Shown here: one piece after another, positions 11,401-21,660 of the stretch | Numbering within the stretch: the first letter of the stretch is position 1 | How the letters are laid out: each line of letters starts with the position of its first letter | Assembly (NCBI GenBank): GCA_051453625.1 | Contig: JBOZIK010000001.1 | Span: 36,340,853-36,390,775 of the forward strand | From: Welwitschia mirabilis | Lineage: Eukaryota | Direction of reading: 5' to 3' | DNA length: 49,923 nucleotides | Made by a program: the position numbers and the translations under genes | Notes under the pieces: generated by a model | The model's input: the letters and a program-made list of their open reading frames with translations, nothing else | Databases searched by the model: none | What the model was told of the DNA's origin: nothing

Positions 11401-12116
11401 ACACCCCACCAGTCGTCACCCTTCCACAGATTCCATGCCAACTCACACCCCATTCGTCACCATTCCACCCAGCACTGAGACAGTTCCCCAACCACTCATC
11501 CCGTTTGGGTGTGGCTTACCAGTAGGCTACTATGACCAGAGGACAATAGCCACTGGGGTTGTGGTCCAGTTAGGATTGGGGGTGCAATGAAGGCCTAAAG
11601 CCTGCAACCACCATCTGGTAGAGTCTCACTTCGAACCTATTGGGAGCATATTACCTACCAAAGAAGAGTATGTTACATTCAAGCAGGAACATAAACTATT
11701 GAAGGAACACCACTTGTCACTACAATTTCCAGGGGGAATGTTAATGAAGAGTGCTCTTAAAATGCAATCACATGTCAGTCAACAGAATAAAAATGAGATG
11801 AAGATTCCTTTTGAAAGCGGATACCTAAGAAAAACCATAATGGATAAACGGAAACCAAGACAAGAACATATACAAGTGACCTCTTTTGGCGTGGTGCAAT
11901 TCTGTGGCTGCATTGATGTACCTTCCCTGCATGTGAGTCAAAACATCTTTTAGCATACAGAATCAAATCAGCCTTGCTTAACAACATTAGCATATCATTC
12001 AAAATTCCAAAGTGCCTTCCAAGAGTACAGAATTAAAAACATCAATCAAACTCCTCTTCATAAAAATGTAAATTTTGGCAATTAAATAAAAACCAAAGCT
12101 CAGAATCAGAACTTAC

Positions 12117-12252
12117 CCATGATGTCCATCAACAGAAGGTTGCTGAGACTGGCATTTGTACTTGTGAACAGGAAGTGCATTTATTTCAGACTCACTCATT
12201 GAATGCACACCCGGGGGGTTATCAGAGTCCAATGCTCTTAGGGCATCATAAT
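12117..12252 (-). CDS. SDIR1: SDIR1-like RING E3 ligase, coding exon 5 (DYDALRALDSDNPPGVHSMSESEINALPVHKYKCQSQQPSVDGHH)
   Basis: AAAG acceptor and GG|GTAAGT donor; phase matches exon 4; matches the SDIR1 motif DY..LRALDSDN...MSE.EINALPVHKYK. Confidence 0.93.
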
Positions 12253-12476
12253 CTTTAACATCAAAATCATGTATCAGTATTAGACAGATAGTAACAGGTG
12301 ATCACAGTTATATTCAAAGACATGTTTGTCAGTTGATTTCTGCCCTATACATGATCTTACAATCTTATTTTATTCTAAATACTCTCCCTCCATTCATGTA
12401 AATTCTTGTCATGTCCATAAATACTCTGTCTCACATATTGCTTGGAATTAGCATGCCTACATCAATGCAGAGTTAC

Positions 12477-12717
12477 CTAGGTCGTCAAAGTCACGGTCAA
12501 GCAAAGCAAGTTGAAGTCGAAGCCCTTGCAATCGTCCTCGTGTTGCAAATGCTATGGATGGTGGCATGCGTAACCGCAACTCAGTATGGCCTACTAAACC
12601 ACCAGCTGCTGCAGCAACTGCTGCTGCATGTGCTTGGGCCTGGGCTTGTAAGTGTTGGCACATTGCATACATCCGCAGGCTAGTGGCCATCAAAAACAAA
12701 CCAAGTCCCAGCCAGAG
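12477..12717 (-). CDS. SDIR1: SDIR1-like, coding exon 4 (LWLGLGLFLMATSLRMYAMCQHLQAQAQAHAAA...RGRLQGLRLQLALLDRDFDDL)
   Basis: Part of ORF 12457..12837; AAG acceptor and G|GTAACT donor; highly diagnostic SDIR1 sequence HTELRL..PPSIAFATRGRLQGLRLQLALLDR.FDDL. Confidence 0.96.
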
Positions 12718-12911
12718 CTTCAACAAACAAATAACAAGATTACAATATATGCTGAAATGTTTCAGAAAAATTTTGAATAGTTCACTTAGGGAAATCTTTC
12801 GGAAAATTTGAATCAACATTAAATCCATTATAGCCAAAAAAGAGGGAGGAAATGTAAGATGTTATTGTTCTATAATTCTTCTTAAAAAATCCCTCTTAAA
12901 AAAAGCCATAC

Positions 12912-12964
12912 CAAAAAATTTGGAGACATTTGATGGGAATTCAAGATCATGAACAGCAAGAGCA
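12912..12964 (-). CDS. SDIR1: SDIR1-like, coding exon 3 (VLLLFMILNSHQMSPNFL)
   Basis: CTGCAG acceptor and TTG|GTATGG donor; peptide matches the SDIR1 transmembrane region; frame is continuous. Confidence 0.95.
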
Positions 12965-13054
12965 CTGCAGTGTTAACAATCATGTCTCATGATCACTAAA
13001 ATGTGCATTCATATATTTCTATGTGTATTATTAACTACACATATCCTATGATAC

Positions 13055-13112
13055 CTGTTGCCAAAAGTGCCATTGGATTCGTCGTAAATGTTCGCCCCCC
13101 TCCATGAATGCG
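13055..13112 (-). CDS. SDIR1: SDIR1-like, coding exon 2 (RIHGGGRTFTTNPMALLAT)
   Basis: TTGTAG acceptor and CAG|GTATCA donor; corresponds to SDIR1 R.HG.RP.N.N.LAFL.T; 58 nt gives the phase needed by exon 3. Confidence 0.9.
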
Positions 13113-13305
13113 CTACAATGGACACATATACATACAAGCAAAGCATCAAATGATTAGACTTAACACACATTTTATTTTAAATCCAAATCAAAAAAAAATT
13201 TATAAGCACTATGTGAGTGTCATTTGAAAGCAATGATATTGAAAAACAGAAATGTGCATCCAGAAAATGACAAATAATGATGTAAAACGAACTTGATCTT
13301 CATAC

Positions 13306-13383
13306 CACAGCACGCCTCTCTGGAATAAAGCCAGAAAATGCATTTTCTATGTCCCCGCGTGACCCTCTAAAAACAAAACTCAT
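13306..13383 (-). CDS. SDIR1: SDIR1-like, coding exon 1 (MSFVFRGSRGDIENAFSGFIPERRAV)
   Basis: ATG at 13383-13381; N-terminus MSFVFRGSRGDIE..FSGFIPERR is typical of SDIR1; GTG|GTATGA donor. Confidence 0.95.
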
Positions 13384-13691
13384 ATTCAGAACTTCTCCTT
13401 TNNNNNNNNNNNNNNNNNNNNNNNNNNNNNNNNNNNNNNNNNNNNNNNNNNNNNNNNNNNNNNNNNNNNNNNNNNNNNNNNNNNNNNNNNNNNNNNNNNN
13501 NNNNNNNNNNNNNNNNNNNNNNNNNNNNNNNNNNNNNNNNNNNNNNNNNNNNNNNNNNNNNNNNNNNNNNNNNNNNNNNNNNNNNNNNNNNNNNNNNNNN
13601 NNNNNNNNNNNNNNNNNNNNNNNNNNNNNNNNNNNNNNNNNNNNNNNNNNNNNNNNNNNNNNNNNNNNNNNNNNNNNNNNNNNNNNNNNNN

Positions 13692-16600
13692 TCAAACATG
13701 TAAATTCCCACTTTAAGGGGTAGTTAAGTGAAAGATCCAAACATAAAAGGATGCTGAAAAGAGATCCATGAAATATGGATCTAGGTGAGGATATTATGGG
13801 AAGCACTGTTATGGCCTCATGTATAAATTCTTATTGCAATGCTAATGAAGAACTGGACCGGCCGTTGTCCCCAGGATGGCCAGGGGTTGCGGCCTCCTTG
13901 TTTGAAGAATTGGCATTTCCTGTTTCAAATTACATGATGTTTCAACAGTTTTCATCTTAAATTTGTATTGTGTGATTATTTACCTCTTGTTTTTGTGTGC
14001 ATCTAAGGGATTTTTATCTAAGACTTATCTCCACAAATGGTATCAGAGCAGGGCAGGGTGTTAGCTTAACCACTAGCCCTGTATCTATGCATATCCTGGT
14101 AGTGGTTGACCCTCCATTTTTGTGCTTTCTTACAGATGTGAATTCCTGTCTGCAATTATGCAGAGGCACTATGGATTTGGAATGAAGGATTTATTATGGT
14201 TTAGGTTTCCGTGCAGTATCAGAGTCAAGAAATAGAAGTGGAACATTGCAAAATGTTTCGCTGGAGTCATTCCATGGATTACAAAGGAGATGAAGACAGA
14301 TTTTATGGCCATGGCACACGAGTTTTGGATGCAGCATCCGTGCATGGTGTCCAAGACCTCTGTGGCAGATTTTGAAGACTACTTCTTGAGGAAAAGCGTG
14401 ATTATCGGATGCAGAAGGATTGTTTTTCCATTCCGGTCAAGGTTTTCGACATGGAGATGTTCATTATAGACATTTGTAATGCCTCCACAAGCTTGTGCTT
14501 ACTGACTTCAATAGGTTGGAGATGGAGTCAGCCTTCCAATCCTTGTAAAAACCATGAGTTCCTATGTGGATATTACCTTTGCTATGCAAAAAGATCATGT
14601 CCTGCGGTTCAACACGCCTGTGAACCAATCTCCACCAAGGAGATCGCTAGATCAGCACAGGGAACAGATCTCTATGAGGTTGGTTTGGTCATCAGAGTTG
14701 CGGATGAAATCAAGGTGGAAACGGTGACAACAAATGGCCTTCCAAGGTCTTTGAAGAAGCTTATGAACGAGTTTCAGTTTTTGTGTCAAAATATCAAAGC
14801 AGAGTATGTAGAAACAATCGAGAGCAGAGGCGTCTTGCCAGCAGTTATAGCCCATTCAACAAAATCCTCTTATCGAAGAAGAAGGATAACGACAGAAATT
14901 TCTGTCAAGTGCTTTCCGTTTCCGTTTTTGTTTTCTGTCTGTGGTTGTTCGTCCGTCCATTTTTCAAAATTTTTGCTTCGTGGCGAGTTTCCCTTTATCT
15001 GTCTTTGTTCGCTGAGCGAATACGCAGAGGCAAAGTAGAATTTTGTGCGGGTTTCAGCAACAGAAGAGGTTTTGAGAGGCATGAAAGATTTGATCCTCTG
15101 CAGCAAAGAAAGCAAAAGCAAACATGTTGCGATCGTGTTTCAGACCATTCAAGAGGTTATCGTTCATTGCAGATTTGGAAATGCAAGGCCCCTNNNNNNN
15201 NNNNNNNNNNNNNNNNNNNNNNNNNNNNNNNNNNNNNNNNNNNNNNNNNNNNNNNNNNNNNNNNNNNNNNNNNNNNNNNNNNNNNNNNNNNNNNNNNNNN
15301 NNNNNNNNNNNNNNNNNNNNNNNNNNNNNNNNNNNNNNNNNNNNNNNNNNNNNNNNNNNNNNNNNNNNNNNNNNNNNNNNNNNNNNNNNNNNNNNNNNNN
15401 NNNNNNNNNNNNNNNNNNNNNNNNNNNNNNNNNNNNNNNNNNNNNNNNNNNNNNNNNNNNNNNNNNNNNNNNNNNNNNNNNNNNNNNNNNNNNNNNNNNN
15501 NNNNNNNNNNNNNNNNNNNNNNNNNNNNNNNNNNNNNNNNNNNNNNNNNNNNNNNNNNNNNNNNNNNNNNNNNNNNNNNNNNNNNNNNNNNNNNNNNNNN
15601 NNNNNNNNNNNNNNNNNNNNNNNNNNNNNNNNNNNNNNNNNNNNNNNNNNNNNNNNNNNNNNNNNNNNNNNNNNNNNNNNNNNNNNNNNNNNNNNNNNNN
15701 NNNNNNNNNNNNNNNNNNNNNNNNNNNNNNNNNNNNNNNNNNNNNNNNNNNNNNNNNNNNNNNNNNNNNNNNNNNNNNNNNNNNNNNNNNNNNNNNNNNN
15801 NNNNNNNNNNNNNNNNNNNNNNNNNNNNNNNNNNNNNNNNNNNNNNNNNNNNNNNNNNNNNNNNNNNNNNNNNNNNNNNNNNNNNNNNNNNNNNNNNNNN
15901 NNNNNNNNNNNNNNNNNNNNNNNNNNNNNNNNNNNNNNNNNGAGAGGCATGAAAGATTTGATCCGCTGCAGCAAAGTAAGCAAAAGCAAACATGCTGCGA
16001 TCGTGTTTCAGACCGTTCAAGAGGTCATCGTTCATTGCAGATTTGGAAATGCAAGCCCCTTGGAATGGAAGGAGGAAGAGACAACAGAACAAAAAGGATG
16101 CATGTTTTAGATGAAAATGTTACCTACTTTAAGCAATCTCCGATTTTAACAGAAAGATCCGAGAGATCAAGAGCAAATTCTTTCCTAGGCAGAGGCGAAC
16201 CTAGATCAATTCCAATGGCTCGTATTTCTTTAGCAACTAAGGCCGCATGGCAGAAGAGGATACTGTCCCTATTTCACTCAAGCCAAACAACCACCCAGTG
16301 TTCCCTACTCTGGAAGATCAAGAGCAGCATCTGTTAGTAGAAGTGTAGTGTACAAGCCAGATGTATTGAGATTCTGCCAGTGTATGAAGTGCATGGATAT
16401 TGGGGATCTAACTTAAAATTGGGGCAAAATGGACGACATTGGATGATCTTTACTTTTGCATGAAAAAGATCCCCTGAACAGATAGCAAATTTGGAGAGAG
16501 TTTATTTGGTTAAAATATGAGGCAAAACTCAAAGGTGGTTTTTATGTTTTTATGAAGAACAAGATGTTTGTTGTTTTAACGCATTGATTTTGAGATTTAA

Positions 16601-16984
16601 ATTAAAAAAACTACTTTATTGCGAAGGAGGTGAAATGATGAATATAATGAGAAAGTCGATTTATCATACCTTTTCATAATGTGCCCATGTCTATATGTTA
16701 TTTCCTATTACCCCAATATGATGATGTTAATTGTAAAGGTGGCCTAGAATGTGAAGAAGGCACCTTGCTATTCCCCTTTCGAATTTGTTTATTTTTAAAG
16801 TGTAAAGAGTTGGAAACTTTGAGATGCCTATGTGAAAGGCATGGATGTAGCTTCAAGGTGAAGAAGCTTGTGTGAGATCTGTAGCCCAAAGTAAGAAATG
16901 GGTGCACTAGGAGTACATTAATCGTGTTCCACTGTACAAGAGGAGGACCTAGGGTGAAGAAGGGCTAGAGAAAAGAGTCCTTAA
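13692..16984 (+). mobile_element. Non-autonomous Copia-derived LTR element with a decayed gag and no visible pol; both outer ends lie in N gaps
   Basis: LTR end TCCACA at 14035; perfect Met-PBS TGGTATCAGAGC at 14038-14049; gag-like MKDLLWFR, AHEFWMQH and VGLVIRVADEIKVETVTTNGLPRSLKKL; PPT-like GCGAAGGAGGTGAAA followed by TGATGAATAT at 16636, which resembles the LTR start at 47246. A 748-N gap lies inside. Confidence 0.7.
14038..14049 (+). promoter_or_regulatory. Primer-binding site complementary to the 3' end of tRNA-iMet
   Basis: TGGTATCAGAGC two bases after an LTR-terminal CA. Confidence 0.9.
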
Positions 16985-17603
16985 NNNNNNNNNNNNNNNN
17001 NNNNNNNNNNNNNNNNNNNNNNNNNNNNNNNNNNNNNNNNNNNNNNNNNNNNNNNNNNNNNNNNNNNNNNNNNNNNNNNNNNNNNNNNNNNNNNNNNNNN
17101 NNNNNNNNNNNNNNNNNNNNNNNNNNNNNNNNNNNNNNNNNNNNNNNNNNNNNNNNNNNNNNNNNNNNNNNNNNNNNNNNNNNNNNNNNNNNNNNNNNNN
17201 NNNNNNNNNNNNNNNNNNNNNNNNNNNNNNNNNNNNNNNNNNNNNNNNNNNNNNNNNNNNNNNNNNNNNNNNNNNNNNNNNNNNNNNNNNNNNNNNNNNN
17301 NNNNNNNNNNNNNNNNNNNNNNNNNNNNNNNNNNNNNNNNNNNNNNNNNNNNNNNNNNNNNNNNNNNNNNNNNNNNNNNNNNNNNNNNNNNNNNNNNNNN
17401 NNNNNNNNNNNNNNNNNNNNNNNNNNNNNNNNNNNNNNNNNNNNNNNNNNNNNNNNNNNNNNNNNNNNNNNNNNNNNNNNNNNNNNNNNNNNNNNNNNNN
17501 NNNNNNNNNNNNNNNNNNNNNNNNNNNNNNNNNNNNNNNNNNNNNNNNNNNNNNNNNNNNNNNNNNNNNNNNNNNNNNNNNNNNNNNNNNNNNNNNNNNN
17601 NNN

Positions 17604-17754
17604 GATATACCTCCCTGAGCTTTAGCAATATTATTTATTAACTCCATAATTAGTACTGTTTTACCCACTTCGGCTTCCCCAAAGAGACCTATTTGTCCTC
17701 CATGGCAGTAGGGTGCTAAAAGATCCACTACTTTTATACCTGTTTCAAAAATAG
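17604..17754 (-). pseudogene. atpB: Nuclear insertion of a plastid atpB fragment (NUPT) covering the Walker A region
   Basis: [49 protein letters not shown] versus plastid Atp[55 protein letters not shown] and NNIAK are plastid-type. No intron; P-loop glycines are mutated; the fragment runs into an N gap. Confidence 0.92.
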
Positions 17755-17967
17755 CTTTTTATGGAAGGCTTATCTCTACATAAGGAAGCTATGAGATCCA
17801 TAGAACAATATCATCTCCTAGGGATAACAGAAGTGTGCTTTTTGAAGCAACCCACAAAATGGCAGTGTAACAAACTAATAATCCTATAATAGAAAAGGAA
17901 ATTTTCATCAAAACTAAAATCATTGCTAAGTGTCCTGGAGAGTTAGATGAATTGTCATACTTCCACC

Positions 17968-18075
17968 CATAGTTGCAAATTCAAACTCAGTGCAAACACA
18001 GCTAGCCTGCTAACATGGACTCAACACTTCAACTTGGCAAAACTCAGAAAATTCAGCTCAAACTGAGTTGAATGA
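17968..18075. mobile_element. Older, CpG-decayed copy of the MITE-like family seen at 6576
   Basis: CATAGTTGCAAATTCAAACTCAG... resembles CATTGTTGCAAGACTCGGACTC with CG changed to CA/TG; repeated ACTCA/ACTTG motifs. The right boundary is unknown. Confidence 0.45.
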
Positions 18076-18350
18076 AAGAAAGATTTGACAAAAATGATAT
18101 TTAGGATAGCAAAAAATACATTTTAATTATTCATTTTCAACAATGAGACTTTCTAGATGGATAACAAACATTAATAGAACATGAAAATATTCAAAACATG
18201 ACTTTACATAAAACAATATTTTATCTTAAAGTATGGATCTATCATGAGAGAGACCAAACTTTATATTACTGAAAACCATTCGACACAAAATTAATCTGAA
18301 AAGTTTGATACAGTATTCATCCTTTACATCAGAATTAGCCAACATAATAC

Positions 18351-18453
18351 CTTTCGCTAAGCATACGTGAGATTAAGAAATAGAAGTAGGCTACCAGTAT
18401 AGCAAAGAATTGAAGTTTGAAAAGTCGAAACGATTGCTGTTTGCAGTTTCTCA
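18351..18453 (-). other. Candidate non-coding (5' UTR) exon, possibly of the SDIR1-like gene
   Basis: Strong acceptor TTTGATTTCTATTTGCAG| and donor AAAG|GTATTA on the SDIR1 strand; non-TE-looking sequence that retains 4 CpGs. The link to SDIR1 is inference. Confidence 0.4.
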
Positions 18454-18540
18454 CTGCAAATAGAAATCAAACCAAACATTCAAATAAAAGCTACAAACAA
18501 GATGTGATTAAAACCAATACTTTACAATAACAAATAACGC

Positions 18541-18972
18541 TGTAACATCAAACAATAGTAGAAGAAATGCAAGGAAATGGTTGGTGGGGAGGAGGGGAAG
18601 GGTCTTATAGTACACCTACAGGTCTCTTTTGTCCTTCTTGAAGGAGTTCATGCAAAAAAGAACAAAAGAAAGAAAGTTCTTGACAGCTTTCCTATGATGT
18701 TTCCGAAAACCACAAACATCAATAAAGTAATTTCCTCCGTTAAGAGTGTGTTGCTTTTCTAATGTTTTTGCTATTCAAATTTATATAACAGTACATTCTA
18801 TGCTTGCACCTCTTCGTATCTAATTTTCACCTTTCAACTTGCTTGTCAGGTACAATTAATCTTGTTAGTATATATTTAATGAATTTTTTATAGATCATCT
18901 ATTTGTGATGATTAATATAACTTTTATCTTCTTACTATTATTAAAAACGGGTGTTATATTCTACCCTCTTTA
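18541..18972 (-). mobile_element. Candidate Gypsy (chromovirus-like) 3' LTR remnant with PPT
   Basis: The minus strand reads AAGAGGGTAGAA|TATAACACCCG (PPT plus a TGTAACACCC-like LTR start at 18958); the opposite terminus is TGTAACATC at 18541; CTATAAGA TATA-like box at ~18603-18610 on the minus strand. No partner LTR seen. Confidence 0.4.
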
Positions 18973-19219
18973 GGATTCAGTGGCCTTTTTAATTCACTTA
19001 TAACATTCTACCGCTGTGGAAAAACAACTTTAACCATTATTTGAACTATTGCAACCATTAAGTTATCTTCCACACCACGTATAGCACATAACCTTGTCCG
19101 TGATCAGTCAGACAAGCCTTGGGGATCCTACCTATGCAGATTGGGTAAGTCCAACTAGACCCACATGGGCACTATCATTTAGAATTCCTCAAATCTTTTT
19201 CACTTTCCTAATCCTTACA

Positions 19220-20139
19220 CTAGCATTTACTTCACATTCATCGACAATCCCAAATATTGTAGCCAGTGAAGACAAGAAATTGGAAGGTCGAGAAGAGCAC
19301 CTGGGGAAGAGAGAGAATGCCAACAGTTTCATAAGACGTCAGATTACCAATCAAAGGAAACAACAATGCATTTAAACTAAATAATTCAAGTCACAATATC
19401 GATCTAGTTGGGTGTCACCCAAGTAGTCTCAAAACATGTCTCAATTTCCCATCAATGCTTTAACATTAATCTACAATGCACATTTGATACACAACTTGAG
19501 AAACAAAGCATAGCATCTTTATTAAGTCAAGTATTATCAAAATACATAACTAAATTGAGGGCTCGAACACAAGGGTCTCGCCTTAGTTGACAAAATAAGG
19601 GAAGGGACCTCATTCCAGGTCTCTCCCAATGGCTTTCCAGCACCAGCTACTTCTGTCACATCAGCCAAGCAATGGGAAGGCTATGTTTTGCAAAGACAAG
19701 CCCTTTGCTTAAATAGCTTTAGAGTTATGTAGAGGTTGGATGGGAAGTAGGTTGATCAGAAAACCACTACTGTTGCTACTTCCATCAATGAACGACTACA
19801 ACTAAACACAACAGAAAGCGTCACCAGGTACTATTAGTAAGTGATGCTTATATGCAGACAATTTCAGTGGAGATTAATGGTCGTTGGATCGTCGTCAATG
19901 TGGTGAGACTTAGAAAAGGCAGCATCGTTGGGCGATGGTTTTATCTGCAGATCTATTGCTACTTCCGTCACTAGGCAACTGCAAGTAGCAATACTTCTAA
20001 AGAAAGCCTAATTCCCTGCGACTTCAAACTTGATTGTGTTTGATCCTTTATTTGGTTTTCATGAAGACATATAGCCTTATACATACTTAGATTTTCCACC
20101 ATTAGTATCTTTCATAGGTCTCCCTTTTTATGTCTATAA
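19220..20139 (-). repeat. 3' LTR (partial) of the Athila-like element
   Basis: Collinear with 40520-41444 (ACAATCCCAAATAT, CAAGTCACAA.ATC.ATCTAGTTGG, TTGATACACAACTT, ACTGCAAGTAG, GTATCTTTCATAGGTCT). Confidence 0.85.
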
Positions 20140-20429
20140 AAGCCCCCTACATGCCCTTGGTAGACCCTGGCAAGATAGGCCAACCAAAAATTAATAAGAC
20201 CCATAAGATAAGAGCGCAAAAATTAAATTAACAAAAAAGGGCATGTGATATTTCATTAATGTAAGTCGTGTTTTTACAAAAGTCAAAAATACAAAAATTG
20301 ATACTTACTAACTTACAATGCAGAGCTCACCAATTACATTATGGAAGGTAGAAACAGGGAGCAGGAGAAGAATCTACAACACAGAGCTACTAAAGTGAAG
20401 TGACATAGGCAGTTACTTCCTCTTTCTTC

Positions 20430-21660
20430 CTAAAAGTGGGTTGGTCCACCTTGATATCATCTACTCCAAAGTTAAAATATTCATGTTCTCCATCACAGTG
20501 GCTAGCTACTGATTAATGCCATCAAATTGGGATTTCCGTCGTTGAAAGAATGTGTGGCAAAGCAAGGCCAACGCTTTCCAGATGTTGTCTGTGCACTAGG
20601 CAACCTCAGATCAGATTGCTTAACATGTTGATCAAAGGATGCCCCATCTCCACAAGCTGTCGATCAAAGGAGGTTTGCATCTCTGCCATTCCCTACTATA
20701 ACCCTGCCATTTTGTCCCCCAGAAATCAGAATTCCTTTGATTGCATCAGTGGTGGAGAAGCAAAGGATGAGGCTGCAACTAAGGTAGATGGACTAGGTCT
20801 AGATGTAGAGGCAAGAGGAAGTTTTGCGCTGCTTGTGTGCTCTTTTCCTATAGACACCTTCCTCAATGTTTTTACCATCACCATGGAGCCAGAAATAAAT
20901 CCCGCATCCACTGGAAGAGGAACAAAACAGGTAATCAATTTGTCACTAAGGCATGGGTAAGGCAAGGAAAGCTAGCTTCCCCTCAGTGGTGAATTCTACA
21001 ATTTTAGTCTATATGAATACAATTAATTGTACTCTATATGCTGCTCTGAAGCTGTCAAGATCATCAATGCAAGAACCATGAGATGACTTGCATAAGAAGA
21101 AGGGATGATGTTGGCCTGGATTGTTTTGGCCATTATTTGCTGCCCTTCTGTGAGAATGTTGGGCTCGACACCCTTTGGACATAGCATTGCTTTTTAATTA
21201 GGGCTCAAGACTCTCAAAGCTTCTTTCCTCTCTCCAAATGTACGAATGTGAGAGAGGAATTTTCAACTCCTTGTGGACCTTGCCAGTTACCAAGCCATAG
21301 TGTGAACTCTCATTTTAATTCTGGCTCCAATAAGTCTTTGTTCTTTTCCTTTGTCCTGCCAACGTTTAAAAAGAATTCTCTGACTTCCCTGTCTGAAAAT
21401 TGGCTACTCACAGATACAATCTATTTCCATCCAACTGCTTTAATTGTCTCCATTATAGCATTGTCTGTTTGTGTGAGAACATCCCCAAAAGATTTCTCCA
21501 CGAGAAACCGAGTTTTCCAGATGGCTGCCTACTAGAGTGCTCCTTTTCTTATTGCTTCAGCCTCCTTTGCTGTTTCTTGTGGTTGTGCTTCTTAGTGTGC
21601 TCTGGTTGTTCTTCAAGCGCATAATCTGGATCTGATTGGAATGGTATGGGTGTGGATGGA
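20430..21660 (-). pseudogene. Remnant of the Athila-type extra (env-like) ORF between integrase and the 3' LTR
   Basis: Minus-strand AIMETIKAVGWK*IVSVSSQFSDREVREFFLNV (~21361-21460) and MPYPCLSDKLITCFVP (from 20965) resemble the GW...VREFY.N and LP(F/Y)P.LIT motifs of Athila extra ORFs; same strand as pol; several stops. Confidence 0.6.

Noticed and set aside
12411..12811. Plus-strand ORFs of 90 and 85 aa
   Set aside because: These are antisense shadows of SDIR1 exon 4.
14783..16337. Long ORFs of 300-430 aa in the ORF track, and similar ones spanning other N gaps
   Set aside because: Their length comes from runs of N translated as X.
16949..17728. Functional ATP synthase beta subunit gene
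   Set aside because: Only ~50 codons are present, the P-loop is mutated, homology ends abruptly at ~17754, and the context is nuclear TE DNA; called as a NUPT instead.
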